In this document: positions 9,384 through 18,363 of the stretch, piece after piece
Position numbering within the stretch: the first letter of the stretch is position 1
How the letters are laid out: every line of letters starts with the position of its first letter
Assembly (NCBI GenBank): GCA_017556745.1
Contig: JAFYMF010000055.1
Coordinates: 171-64,170, forward strand
Source: Clostridia bacterium
GTDB taxonomy: Bacteria > Bacillota > Clostridia > Oscillospirales > CAG-272
Length of the DNA: 64,000 nt
Reading direction: 5' to 3'
Notes under the pieces: model-generated
Seen by the model: only the letters and a program-made list of their open reading frames with translations
What the model was told of the DNA's origin: nothing
The model's database searches: none
Translations under genes and position numbers: made by a program

Positions 9384-10709
9384 TTATTTATTTTGTGCCT
9401 TAGCATCACGGATCTCGCTCTTGGCAACCTTTATGTACTGAACTATAGAAATATGCGCGGGACAGTTATAAGCACATGAACCGCATTCCACACAAGAAAG
9501 CGCCCCGTAGCTCTCTGCATTTTCCGGATCATGTTTCTTTGCGTAAGCCGCAATGTAGTTCGGCATCAGGTGCATAGGACAAGCGCGGACACATCTGCCG
9601 CATCTGATACAGCTCTCCGGCTGTTCGTATCTGCTATTCATCTTTTTTGAGAGAAAGAGTACCGCGGATGTTCCCTTGGTAACGGGAGACTCCACATCCC
9701 ACTGAGCCATACCCATCATAGGACCACCGTTTATTATTTTCTCGGGCTCTCTTATATAACCGCCGCAGAAATCGGCAATTGCACTGTATGGAGTACCGAT
9801 GGGAACAAGCAGGTTCTTGGGATTCTCAAGACAGTCACCTGATGCAGTAACTATTCTCTCTATGAGCGGCATTCCCTGAGAGAATGCTCTATATACCGCT
9901 GCACAGGTCTCAGCATTAAACACCACACATCCAACGTCAGCGGGAAGTTTACCCTGTGGGATCTCACGCCCAGTGATAGCATATATAAGCTGACGTTCAT
10001 CTCCCTGAGGATATTTGGTCTTCATGACACTGACCTTAAAAAGAGGATTTCCATCCACAGCATCATCAATCGAAAGTATACCGTCAAACTTGTTATTCTC
10101 CACCGCAATATGAGCAAGGCGGAGCTTAAGTGCTTTCATTATGATTTTTGCACCATTAAGCACCGACTCGGGATCTTCAAGGATCAATCTGTGGTTAGCT
10201 GTAATAAACGGCTCACATTCAGCGCAGTTGATAATCATCAGATCAACCTTATCGATGGCAGAACGGATCTTGGCATAGGTTGGGAATGTTGCTCCGCCCA
10301 TACCGGATATTCCCGCACGGCGGATAACCTCGATAATATCATCGGTAGTTGTTTCCTGAATGGGCTTTCTGAAAGGAACGATATCAGGAGACATCGTATT
10401 AAGATGATCGTTTTCAATAACGACATATTTATTCTTCTGTCCGGTCGGAGTAGGAACTTCTCTTATCTCGATAACCTTACCCGAAACGCTGGAATGAACC
10501 GGACAACCGAGGGCATTCTCCTCAACGTCACCGATCTTCTGTCCACGGGTTACAGCATCACCAACCTTTACTGTCGGAGTACACATTGCACCGATGTGCT
10601 GTGACAAAGGTATATACACTGTATCGGGAGCAGTCATTTTTTCAATAGGACTTTTGCTTGTATATTTATATTCTCTTACGTGAGTACCGCCTCTGAATGT
10701 AAATGCCAA
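9384..10709 (-). CDS. rnfC: Rnf complex subunit C
   Basis: C-terminal 2x[4Fe-4S] motifs CIRCGRCVRACP and CVECGSCAYNCP. N-terminus FRGGTHV. TTG start at 10709 lies 5 nt after AGAGGTGA. The upstream 38 codons of the ORF track look like leader sequence. Confidence 0.9.
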   Translation of the reverse strand: MAFTFRGGTHVREYKYTSKSPIEKMTAPDTVYIPLSQHIGAMCTPTVKVGDAVTRGQKIGDVEENALGCPVHSSVSGKVIEIREVPTPTGQKNKYVVIENDHLNTMSPDIVPFRKPIQETTTDDIIEVIRRAGISGMGGATFPTYAKIRSAIDKVDLMIINCAECEPFITANHRLILEDPESVLNGAKIIMKALKLRLAHIAVENNKFDGILSIDDAVDGNPLFKVSVMKTKYPQGDERQLIYAITGREIPQGKLPADVGCVVFNAETCAAVYRAFSQGMPLIERIVTASGDCLENPKNLLVPIGTPYSAIADFCGGYIREPEKIINGGPMMGMAQWDVESPVTKGTSAVLFLSKKMNSRYEQPESCIRCGRCVRACPMHLMPNYIAAYAKKHDPENAESYGALSCVECGSCAYNCPAHISIVQYIKVAKSEIRDAKAQNK

Positions 10710-10788
10710 TACTTTCACCTCTTGACTATAAATAGGATTTTGCAGTGGGAAGCAATGACACCAAGTCACACCACCACCCATTTTAAAT

Positions 10789-10817
10789 ATTATACAATAA
10801 AAAACATAACAATTCAA
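10789..10817 (-). promoter_or_regulatory. sigma-A type promoter for the rnf operon
   Basis: TTGAAT-17 nt-TATAAT on the minus strand, about 80 nt upstream of the rnfC start. Confidence 0.6.
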
Positions 10818-10894
10818 CAACAATTTTATTAATATTCATGGTTGTTCGTCATGATTTTAACACAAATAATTTTATAAAAAATTTAAAAATCATA

Positions 10895-10923
10895 TTGACA
10901 ACCGAGAACTTATGTGATATACT
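10895..10923 (+). promoter_or_regulatory. sigma-A type promoter for the tRNA pair
   Basis: TTGACA-17 nt-TATACT, about 30 nt upstream of tRNA-Met. Confidence 0.75.
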
Positions 10924-10955
10924 ATTCAAGTACCGCGGTTGCGGCATTAATATGT

Positions 10956-11032
10956 GGCGGAATAGCTCAGTTGGCTAGAGCAATCGGTTCATACCCGATA
11001 GGTCGTGGGTTCAAGTCCAACTTCCGCTACCA
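10956..11032 (+). tRNA. tRNA-Met (anticodon CAT; a lysidine-modified tRNA-Ile2 cannot be excluded)
   Basis: Hand-folded cloverleaf: D stem GCTC/GAGC, anticodon stem ATCGG/CCGAT with loop TTCATAC, encoded CCA. Has a G1-U72 wobble and one G-A mismatch in the T stem. Confidence 0.8.
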
Positions 11033-11107
11033 GGCCCGTTGGTCAAGCGGCTAAGACACCGCCCTTTCACGGCGGTAACACGAGTTCGATTCTCGTACGG
11101 GTCACCA
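11033..11107 (+). tRNA. tRNA-Glu (anticodon TTC)
   Basis: GGCCCGTTGGTCAAGCGG...CCGCCCTTTCACGGCGG...GTTCGATTC...ACGGGTCACCA. Folds as a canonical cloverleaf with encoded CCA. Directly abuts tRNA-Met. Confidence 0.93.
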
Positions 11108-11150
11108 TAGAAAATGCCTCACGTTAGTGAGGCATTTTCTATGGTGACCC
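11099..11150 (+). terminator. terminator hairpin extended into a perfect 24-bp inverted repeat that includes the tRNA-Glu 3' end
   Basis: GGGTCACCATAGAAAATGCCTCAC-GTTA-GTGAGGCATTTTCTATGGTGACCC. The core GCCTCAC/GTGAGGC plus a T-rich tail acts as the terminator. Confidence 0.7.
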
Positions 11151-11266
11151 TAAGCAGTAATCGAAAACAAGTTACCGTAATAGCGTAAAGAGTTGTCCTT
11201 GTTTACCCAACCAACCGGATCAAGTTGCCAAGGTAACTTATCATATGGGCCTTAATCGAATACCAG

Positions 11267-11297
11267 AATACCTCACGTAACTGTGAGGTATTTTTTT
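11267..11297 (+). terminator. second intrinsic terminator-like hairpin
   Basis: AATACCTCAC-GTAACT-GTGAGGTATT followed by T7. Its stem core CCTCAC/GTGAGG is related to the hairpin at 11115. Confidence 0.65.
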
Positions 11298-11522
11298 ATG
11301 CTAATAGGCTTTCCACCCTCTGCGTGTTGACAAAAATATTCCATATAAATGACGTTACTACAGACCAGATACAATTTTACTCTTTCGGTTCAAGCAAAAA
11401 TGTTTTCTGCATTTACGAATTCCAGCTTGAATATTATGACAAATCCGCAAATCCAAACAAACCATAATTACAAATGAGCAAAAGCGATCGACAGTCACCG
11501 CCCTCAACATCTTTTTAAAGAC

Positions 11523-11558
11523 AAAAAATGGTTCTGCCTTTCGGCAGAACCATTTTTT
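11523..11558. terminator. bidirectional terminator downstream of the zinc-ribbon membrane protein gene
   Basis: AAAAAATGGTTCTGCC-TTTC-GGCAGAACCATTTTTT. Confidence 0.8.
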
Positions 11559-11570
11559 GTCTTTTCGTTT

Positions 11571-12008
11571 TTATTGCTTTATAACAAATCTTTCAGAGCA
11601 GCAAGGACACTTTACCGTATTCTCACCTTTTTTCTTTGGGAGGCGTAAAACATTTTTACATCCGGGGCATTTTACGTATACATGAGTCTTTCTGTCCTTC
11701 CATTTATTCTTCGCAAGACGAAATTTATCACGTATTTTTCTGCCTATACCGCAAAAGGCTTGATTTTCTTTTCTGCGCTTTACAATATTGCGGGAAAACA
11801 TTCTGAAAAAACAGTAAAAAAGAAGTCCATAGCAAACAAGACTTATGATGATCGCTGCTATAGCAGAGCTTACAAACCAGTTCACCACTGTCAGCACAAA
11901 GTAAAGAATGAGAGCCGCGTTACCGAGAGCATCTGCCCCATTTCTGCCATACATAAGACTTGCCAACTTTTCTCTGAATGATATTTTTCTTCCGTATCTG
12001 TCTCTCAT
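11571..12008 (-). CDS. membrane protein with C-terminal zinc-ribbon (CPGC...CPCC)
   Basis: Two predicted TM helices, then KCPGCKNVLRLP...VKCPCCSERF. ATG 12008 follows GGAGGA by 3 nt. Confidence 0.75.
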   Translation of the reverse strand: MRDRYGRKISFREKLASLMYGRNGADALGNAALILYFVLTVVNWFVSSAIAAIIISLVCYGLLFYCFFRMFSRNIVKRRKENQAFCGIGRKIRDKFRLAKNKWKDRKTHVYVKCPGCKNVLRLPKKKGENTVKCPCCSERFVIKQ

Positions 12009-12175
12009 TTTTCCTCCATTTGCCGAATGATACATTCGGGCACAGTTTCTACCCCACTGTGCCCAAAATGTATTTCTTATATGTTCGCACTTAAAACAAC
12101 TTAGCTGATCGCGATACTATTATATACCGCTATTCTGTACTTAACATGTCTTCTCTGTGAAAAGAAAATGTTTTT

Positions 12176-13498
12176 TTAATTAACATCATCCTCATGTGTC
12201 ACATAGAAAAGCTGAATTGTAAGTGCATTGTTTGTAGCAGAAGCATTGTAGACTCTGAAAACAACTTTTAGTTCACTCTTGTCTTGGTTTTTATTCACAC
12301 GAGAAATAACGTTAAGCAAATCTGCTTTGAAACTATCTCCTTCTCTTGAGAAAGTAGGATAAAGCTCTATATAATTCTTACCGGAATAAACAGCATTAAG
12401 CACTTCTCTGTATGCTATACGGTCAAGCTCCATTAAATTTTCTGCAATGAGACCTTTTGCATGGTAGTAATCATACTCTTGTTGTGCTACCGGCAATATT
12501 TCCTCTCGGTCTATTGTGTGATCCATCTTTATCGATTCAGATGAAAGGTTAAAGTAACCGTGAAACCTGAGTTCGGGAGCAAACTCGATATCCCCATCAT
12601 TGTATGTACTGTCAAGATGATAGAATTTTCCGTCTATGTATACTATATTCCACATGTGAGGGGAACCGTCTGCAGTCCCACGAACCACATCACACATTAT
12701 TCCGGCGGAATTAAGGAGATATTTAATACCCATGGCGTATCCACCGCTAAAAGCTTTCCCGCCGACAAGAGCACCATACGCAGTGTCTGCAAGCAGTCTA
12801 TCTATATCGGTGGGTATCTGTCCGTCATCTGCCGGTAAATTCTCAGACTCGGTTTCAGGGTTCCCGGTCTCAAGCATATCATCACCGTAACCGATATCAC
12901 GTTTCTCATAATAAGATACCGCATCACAGAAAAAATCATGAAGCAAAAGCTCACGTTCGAACTCACCCAGGTCTGTAAGCTTTATCTCCTTTTCGGGGTC
13001 ATCGTTTGCGCTTTGTTCCGCCTTATCAAGAATTGACGTTACCGCTAAACTCAATTTCTCCTGCATATTGGAAATCTCTTCAACAGATGCATAGTAACTG
13101 AGAATTATCCTGCTTTTCCCCTTTGCTGTTTGGAGCAAGGTATTATCGATATCAATGTAAAAAAGTCTCGGGTGATCCGCAGTCAGAGCAAGCATTACAT
13201 TCTTGTACTCGTCAGGAGTGTATTCTCTGTCAATAGGTTCTGTCATGGATGCACACTTTTCAGCAGCTAAAAGCACCGACAAATACAGTTTCTGTTCTGC
13301 AGCAGGGAGAATATTATAATAATAACAGTTAAGCAAGCTGCTTCCGGGAAGATTGTCATCCTCAGATCCCGCAAAGGAATCGGTACCGCATACTACTGAT
13401 ATATAAATTATCGAAGCAATGGTCAGCGCCACACAAAGAACCATAATACCACCAAGTACAAGAAAAAACTTCTTGTGTATCGGCACAATTTTTGCCAC
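12176..13498 (-). CDS. membrane-anchored transglutaminase-like (papain-fold) domain protein
   Basis: N-terminal TM. C-terminal core GKAFSGGYAMG...HMWNIVYIDGKFYHLDST resembles the transglutaminase-like C/H/D core but has Ser at the Cys position. The GTG 13498 start behind GGGGGTGA is tentative; the ORF extends to 13558. Confidence 0.65.
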   Translation of the reverse strand: MAKIVPIHKKFFLVLGGIMVLCVALTIASIIYISVVCGTDSFAGSEDDNLPGSSLLNCYYYNILPAAEQKLYLSVLLAAEKCASMTEPIDREYTPDEYKNVMLALTADHPRLFYIDIDNTLLQTAKGKSRIILSYYASVEEISNMQEKLSLAVTSILDKAEQSANDDPEKEIKLTDLGEFERELLLHDFFCDAVSYYEKRDIGYGDDMLETGNPETESENLPADDGQIPTDIDRLLADTAYGALVGGKAFSGGYAMGIKYLLNSAGIMCDVVRGTADGSPHMWNIVYIDGKFYHLDSTYNDGDIEFAPELRFHGYFNLSSESIKMDHTIDREEILPVAQQEYDYYHAKGLIAENLMELDRIAYREVLNAVYSGKNYIELYPTFSREGDSFKADLLNVISRVNKNQDKSELKVVFRVYNASATNNALTIQLFYVTHEDDVN

Positions 13499-13619
13499 AC
13501 AACTCACCCCCGGATACAGAAAATCAAATTCAAGAAATACGGCGATCCTTGGATACATCCTCCGGACCGCCGTAATTAATTCAAAACAAAAATTAACGAT
13601 TAAAAACTACTTCAAAAGA

Positions 13620-14837
13620 TTATCTGCGTCTTACATCATCGCGACGATTAGTCTTCTTGAGTATATTAAGAATATCGTCAAAGTCATTCTCAGCAAGAAC
13701 CTCTTCCTGAATCTCAGGCATAGTTCCCTCGCCGATCTCATTATCCTTTACAGGATCATATACAGTATTTGTCGCTGCGGGAGCAACCTCTTCTACAGGA
13801 GCAGGTGCAGGTGCCTGTGCCTGTGTCTTTACCGCTTCCTTAGGGAAAGCAGCACTGGTATCATAGTTCTTATAATAATTCTCCTTATTGAAACCGGTCG
13901 CGATAATGGTAACACGCATCTCATCCTCAAGTGAAGGATCGAACGCCGCACCCCAAATGATGTTTGCATTGGGATCAGCCGCATCAGCGATCATGGTAGA
14001 TGCAAGATCAACGTCTTCAAGTCCGATGTCAGGAGAAGCAGTGATACTTACAAGGATACCGCTTGCACCGTCAATAGAGGTCTCAAGAAGAGGACTGGAG
14101 ATAGCAACCTTAGCAGCAACCTCTGCCTTGTCCTTACCGGTAGCCGCACCCACACCCATGTGAGCGTAGCCGGCATTAGCCATAATAGAAGTAACGTCGT
14201 TAAAGTCAAGGTTAATAAAGCCGGGAACATTAATAAGCTCAGATATACTCTGAACACCGCGACGAAGAACATCGTCTGCAATCTCAAATGCATTGAAAAG
14301 GGTTATTCTGGTATCGGATACCTGCTTAAGTCTCTCGTTAGGAATAACAACAAGAGAGTCAACGTGATCACGAAGACTGGTAATACCAAGCTCAGCCTGA
14401 GCCATACGGCGCTTACCCTCAAATGCAAAAGGTTTTGTAACTATACCGATAGTAAGGATGCCCATCTCGCGTGCAGCCTTAGCTACAATGGGAGCCGCAC
14501 CGGTACCGGTACCACCGCCCATACCTGCGGTTACGAATACCATATCAGCACCATCAAGTGCCTTCTTTATCTCCTCAATAGACTCCTCTGCGGCACGTGC
14601 GCCGATGTCAGGATTGGAACCGGCACCGAATCCCTTGGTTATCTTCTCACCTATCGGGATCTTCTGTGTAGCAGAAGAGTGAATAAGTGCCTGCTTATCA
14701 GTGTTGATAGATACGAACTCAACACCGCGGATATTTGTGTCAATCATTCTGTTTACAGCATTGTTTCCGCCGCCACCTACACCGACTACTTTTATGCACA
14801 CGCCAAGATCAAGATTCTGGTCAAGTTCAAATGCCAT
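13620..14837 (-). CDS. ftsZ: cell division GTPase FtsZ
   Basis: [13 protein letters not shown] and [10 protein letters not shown] tubulin signature. ATG 14837 lies behind GGGAGGAA. The upstream 35 codons of the ORF track are AT-rich leader. Confidence 0.97.
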   Translation of the reverse strand: MAFELDQNLDLGVCIKVVGVGGGGNNAVNRMIDTNIRGVEFVSINTDKQALIHSSATQKIPIGEKITKGFGAGSNPDIGARAAEESIEEIKKALDGADMVFVTAGMGGGTGTGAAPIVAKAAREMGILTIGIVTKPFAFEGKRRMAQAELGITSLRDHVDSLVVIPNERLKQVSDTRITLFNAFEIADDVLRRGVQSISELINVPGFINLDFNDVTSIMANAGYAHMGVGAATGKDKAEVAAKVAISSPLLETSIDGASGILVSITASPDIGLEDVDLASTMIADAADPNANIIWGAAFDPSLEDEMRVTIIATGFNKENYYKNYDTSAAFPKEAVKTQAQAPAPAPVEEVAPAATNTVYDPVKDNEIGEGTMPEIQEEVLAENDFDDILNILKKTNRRDDVRRR

Positions 14838-15019
14838 TTTTATATTCCTCCCAATTGTTATAAGGTTAGGGTTTAATACGTCCTTAGATATGTATATAAT
14901 TATATATACTAATATAATAATATCTTTTTGCTCATTTTGCAATAGTTTTCTTGAAATTTGTATATAAAAATTCGTTTTTTATGTGTTTTTTTCTTTACTT
15001 CCGAAAACAATCAACATTT

Positions 15020-15832
15020 TTAGTCAAATGTTATCTGATTATCGACGATAACACCGCATTCCTCGGGGTCTGTCAGATCGATCTGTGTTCTTGTTATATT
15101 CCCCACAAACATCTCGCTCTCCATGATTTTTCCGCCAAGATCAAGCTTCAAAGTCACATCCGAACTGTCTCCGAGTATAAGCTTGTAGAGATCATCACAC
15201 ACCGCAAATATATCGAATTTGTCCCTGATATTGAGCAGGGTCAAGCGATGGTATATTTTTGAAGCTACCGATGCTGACATTACCCTCGATATAGTCTCCG
15301 TGTCTACATTACCGACTATAGAAAGTTTTTGTCCCACGATTGCATAACTTATCTCACCGGCATCGAGGCGAATCAGACACCTTTTGGTTATCTCATCTGA
15401 TGAAATCAAACGTTCGAGAACTATCAAATTTTCCCCAAAAACAAAGAACTCCCCATCTACTTCCGCATAAAAGTTTGCTTTGTATTCTTCTATTTTCACA
15501 ACCAGAGTTCCGGGCAGATCACGAGTTATTCTCACGTTTTTTACGTAAGGACACTCATCGATTATCCTCCGTGCAATCTCTTTTTTATCTATCCCATACA
15601 TTTTTTCTCCGACAACTATGCCGGAGCTGCTAAGCAATTTGTCTTCGGTATATATACTGTTCCCCTCGAAACGAATATCTCTTATACGTAAAATATAATA
15701 TCCACCGACCACAATGGCTACAAGCACAAAAAGCACAACTATACACACAAGTAAGGCCTTGCTTCTTTTCTTTTTTTCGGGGGTGGGTGTGTAGTAAAAT
15801 TCCTTACGTACGCTTTGCTTTTCTGTATTCAT
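15020..15832 (-). CDS. ftsQ: cell division protein FtsQ/DivIB (POTRA domain)
   Basis: Single N-terminal TM followed by a POTRA-like segment (IRDIRFEGNSIYTEDKLL). Sits between murG and ftsZ. Confidence 0.8.
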   Translation of the reverse strand: MNTEKQSVRKEFYYTPTPEKKKRSKALLVCIVVLFVLVAIVVGGYYILRIRDIRFEGNSIYTEDKLLSSSGIVVGEKMYGIDKKEIARRIIDECPYVKNVRITRDLPGTLVVKIEEYKANFYAEVDGEFFVFGENLIVLERLISSDEITKRCLIRLDAGEISYAIVGQKLSIVGNVDTETISRVMSASVASKIYHRLTLLNIRDKFDIFAVCDDLYKLILGDSSDVTLKLDLGGKIMESEMFVGNITRTQIDLTDPEECGVIVDNQITFD

Positions 15833-15858
15833 TTTATCTCCGTGTCAAAGGTACAACT

Positions 15859-16989
15859 TTATTTTTTCGTTTTCTCGTTTTTTTCAGTGAGAGAACGTAT
15901 CTCCTCGAGTATTCTCTTATTTGCATCAGGCACAGCAAACTTCCCGATAGCACAGCGCATCTTCTCTGCCTTTTCCGGAGATTCTCTCAGTGCCCTCAGT
16001 TCCCTCTCCAGTCTACCGTCAGCAAGTTCTTTTTCTTCTATCAAAATAGCCGCACCTGCATCAGCAAGCACTTTAGCATTCTTATACTGATGGTTGTTGG
16101 TCACATTTGGTGAGGGGATCATTATGCTTACCTTTTTCTGCATAGAAAGCTCTGATACAGTCATTGCTCCTGCGCGAGATATTACAACGTCAGCGGCCGC
16201 CATTCTCAGCGGCATATCGTAAATATACTCAAGAAGCTCTATGTTATCCGCGCCCTCAAGCCCATATTCAGAAAACATTGCTGTAGCCGCCTGATATTCA
16301 ATAGCTCCTGTCGCGTGGAGATGATGCACTGCCTTATCTTTCGAAGAATAATCACGCATAGTGGCGAGAACAGCTTCATTGACCTTTTCAGCACCAAGGC
16401 TTCCACCGTATGAAAGTATATACTGCTCACAGTCAGAAGGAACTCCAAGCTTTCTTCTCGCTTCAGAATACTCCTCTGAAGAAAATTCTCCAAGCAGAGG
16501 ATTTCCCACATGAACAAGCTTATTCTTCTGTCTGATATATTCACCTGTCTCCTTAAAATTAAGCCAGATCGCATCAACGTACTTAGAGAGCATTTTCGTG
16601 GCCACGCCCGGGACTGCGTTTGACTCATGAACTGCAGAAGGCACCCCCATCATTGAAGCCGCTCTCAACACAGGCCAGCACACATATCCACCTGTACCGA
16701 TAACAATATCGGGACGAAATTCCTTAATTATCTTCTTTGCCTTATAAGGGGATACGGCGGCAAGGTACATGGTTTTTATGTTTGAAGGAGATAAACTACG
16801 GCGTATTCCCTGTATCTCCACGTATTTTATATCGTAACCGGCGGCAGGAACAAGCTTATTCTCAAGACCACTCTCTCTACCGACAAAAATTATCTCCGAT
16901 CCCGGTATATTCTGTTTTATGGTATTAGCTATGGCAATAGCGGGATTGATATGTCCTCCCGTACCGCCTCCGGTCATAATTACTCTCAT
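15859..16989 (-). CDS. murG: UDP-GlcNAc--undecaprenyl-PP-MurNAc-pentapeptide GlcNAc transferase
   Basis: MTGGGTGGHINPAIA N-terminus, ~370 aa, dcw context. Confidence 0.95.
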   Translation of the reverse strand: MRVIMTGGGTGGHINPAIAIANTIKQNIPGSEIIFVGRESGLENKLVPAAGYDIKYVEIQGIRRSLSPSNIKTMYLAAVSPYKAKKIIKEFRPDIVIGTGGYVCWPVLRAASMMGVPSAVHESNAVPGVATKMLSKYVDAIWLNFKETGEYIRQKNKLVHVGNPLLGEFSSEEYSEARRKLGVPSDCEQYILSYGGSLGAEKVNEAVLATMRDYSSKDKAVHHLHATGAIEYQAATAMFSEYGLEGADNIELLEYIYDMPLRMAAADVVISRAGAMTVSELSMQKKVSIMIPSPNVTNNHQYKNAKVLADAGAAILIEEKELADGRLERELRALRESPEKAEKMRCAIGKFAVPDANKRILEEIRSLTEKNEKTKK

Positions 16990-17004
16990 TTTTATGCTCC
17001 AAAG

Positions 17005-18321
17005 TTATTTTTTCTGATATGAGTGCTTTGATATCTTAAGCATTACCCCCATCTCCGCCATAAGTATAACCATTGCCGTCCCTCCATAGCTGAAGAACGG
17101 AAGAGATATACCGGTGTTTGGGAGTGTATTTGTAACAACACCGATGTTAAGCAGTACCTGGATAGCCACCTGACCGGTTATACCCAGTGCAAGCAGTGAA
17201 GAAAATTTATCCGGTGCATGCATAGCTATAACCATACCTCTCCACACAAGAAGTGCAAAGATACACATAATAGCTACCGCTCCGACAAATCCAAGCTCCT
17301 CGCAAACGATAGAAAAGATAAAGTCATTATGAGGCATTGATGTATAACCGTACTTAAGACGGCTATTACCAAGTCCTACACCGAGAAGTCCTCCTGAACC
17401 AATAGCGTACAGTCCCTGTATTGTTTGCCAACCACCGTCCCTCGGGAACGCTTCCGGGTTAAGCCATATCTTGATACGGCCGCTCTGGTATCCGTTTCCA
17501 AACCACAAAAGCACTCCCAGTGCTGATGCAGCGACTCCGCCAAAGATCCCGATCCACTTAACACTTCCGCCTCCTGCAATCATTACCATGATACCGAGGA
17601 AACCTATTATGAGTGTACCTGAAAGGTGATGCTCAAGCATTACAAGTCCGCAAGCGATTCCAATTACGATAAAAGGAATTGCCGCATCATAAACAAAGCT
17701 TTTTGTTATATGAATCGGGCCTATATATTTGTCAAACTTACTGTTTTCTTTCAGATTATCTTTTTTGTCAAAATACTTTGCCAGAAGAACTACAATTGCG
17801 GGTTTCATAAAGTCAGATGGCTGGAAAGTAAACAGCGAGCCTATTCTTATCCACCGCACTGCAGAACCCTCAGCAACACCTATTACGAGCACCGCCACAA
17901 GGAAGATACATCCTATTCCAAATATGACTTCCGCATATTTTTTATATGCGGTATATGGCCATAGGTAAGTGAAAAGCATAAACAAAAATCCAATGGCAAC
18001 AAAAGCAAGATGTCGCTTTATGTAGTACAGACTGTCGCCTGTTTCATTTGCCGCATAAACGAAACTTGCGCTGAACATCATTACCGATCCGATAGCAAGT
18101 AAAGTCAGAACCAGTATAAGAAATACTCTATCAACACCGGTGGTTACTCTTTCGTATTTTCTGTCTTTGATTGATGCCGGTGTTATTGCGGTTTCACTGC
18201 GTCGTACCACACCGCTCGACACAGACCTGTCGGGGGAATACCTTTTAGTACCGTCTTTTGCGGACGTCTTTTTATCGGGGGAGACATTTGTGATTTTATA
18301 TTTCTGTTCGCTTTCTTTCAT
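17005..18321 (-). CDS. ftsW: SEDS-family peptidoglycan glycosyltransferase FtsW/SpoVE
   Basis: Polytopic membrane protein with the FtsW/RodA signature (LPNTGISLPFFSYGGT). dcw context. The ~65-aa basic N-terminal tail may mean the start is internal. Confidence 0.9.
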   Translation of the reverse strand: MKESEQKYKITNVSPDKKTSAKDGTKRYSPDRSVSSGVVRRSETAITPASIKDRKYERVTTGVDRVFLILVLTLLAIGSVMMFSASFVYAANETGDSLYYIKRHLAFVAIGFLFMLFTYLWPYTAYKKYAEVIFGIGCIFLVAVLVIGVAEGSAVRWIRIGSLFTFQPSDFMKPAIVVLLAKYFDKKDNLKENSKFDKYIGPIHITKSFVYDAAIPFIVIGIACGLVMLEHHLSGTLIIGFLGIMVMIAGGGSVKWIGIFGGVAASALGVLLWFGNGYQSGRIKIWLNPEAFPRDGGWQTIQGLYAIGSGGLLGVGLGNSRLKYGYTSMPHNDFIFSIVCEELGFVGAVAIMCIFALLVWRGMVIAMHAPDKFSSLLALGITGQVAIQVLLNIGVVTNTLPNTGISLPFFSYGGTAMVILMAEMGVMLKISKHSYQKK

Positions 18322-18363
18322 TAGTCCCCCTCCTTTAATGTTTTATTATTGATTAATACTGTG

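Noticed and set aside
10710-10823. 38-codon N-terminal extension of rnfC, and similar extensions of polA (3435-3491), ftsZ (14838-14942), the PBP gene (23209-23322), purD (62463-62579), the HI0933-family gene (60255-60365) and the surface-protein gene (29632-29688).
   Set aside because: These extensions lack SD sequences, run through promoter or leader sequence and encode atypical peptides. In most cases (the purD start itself lacks a clear SD), an internal start with a good SD gives the conserved family N-terminus.
10956-11300. tRNA-associated integration site for a prophage or genomic island.
   Set aside because: No integrase or phage genes lie on either side. The duplicated tRNA 3' end is inverted rather than a direct repeat. 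The flanking genes (the rnf operon and a zinc-ribbon membrane protein gene) look like core genome.
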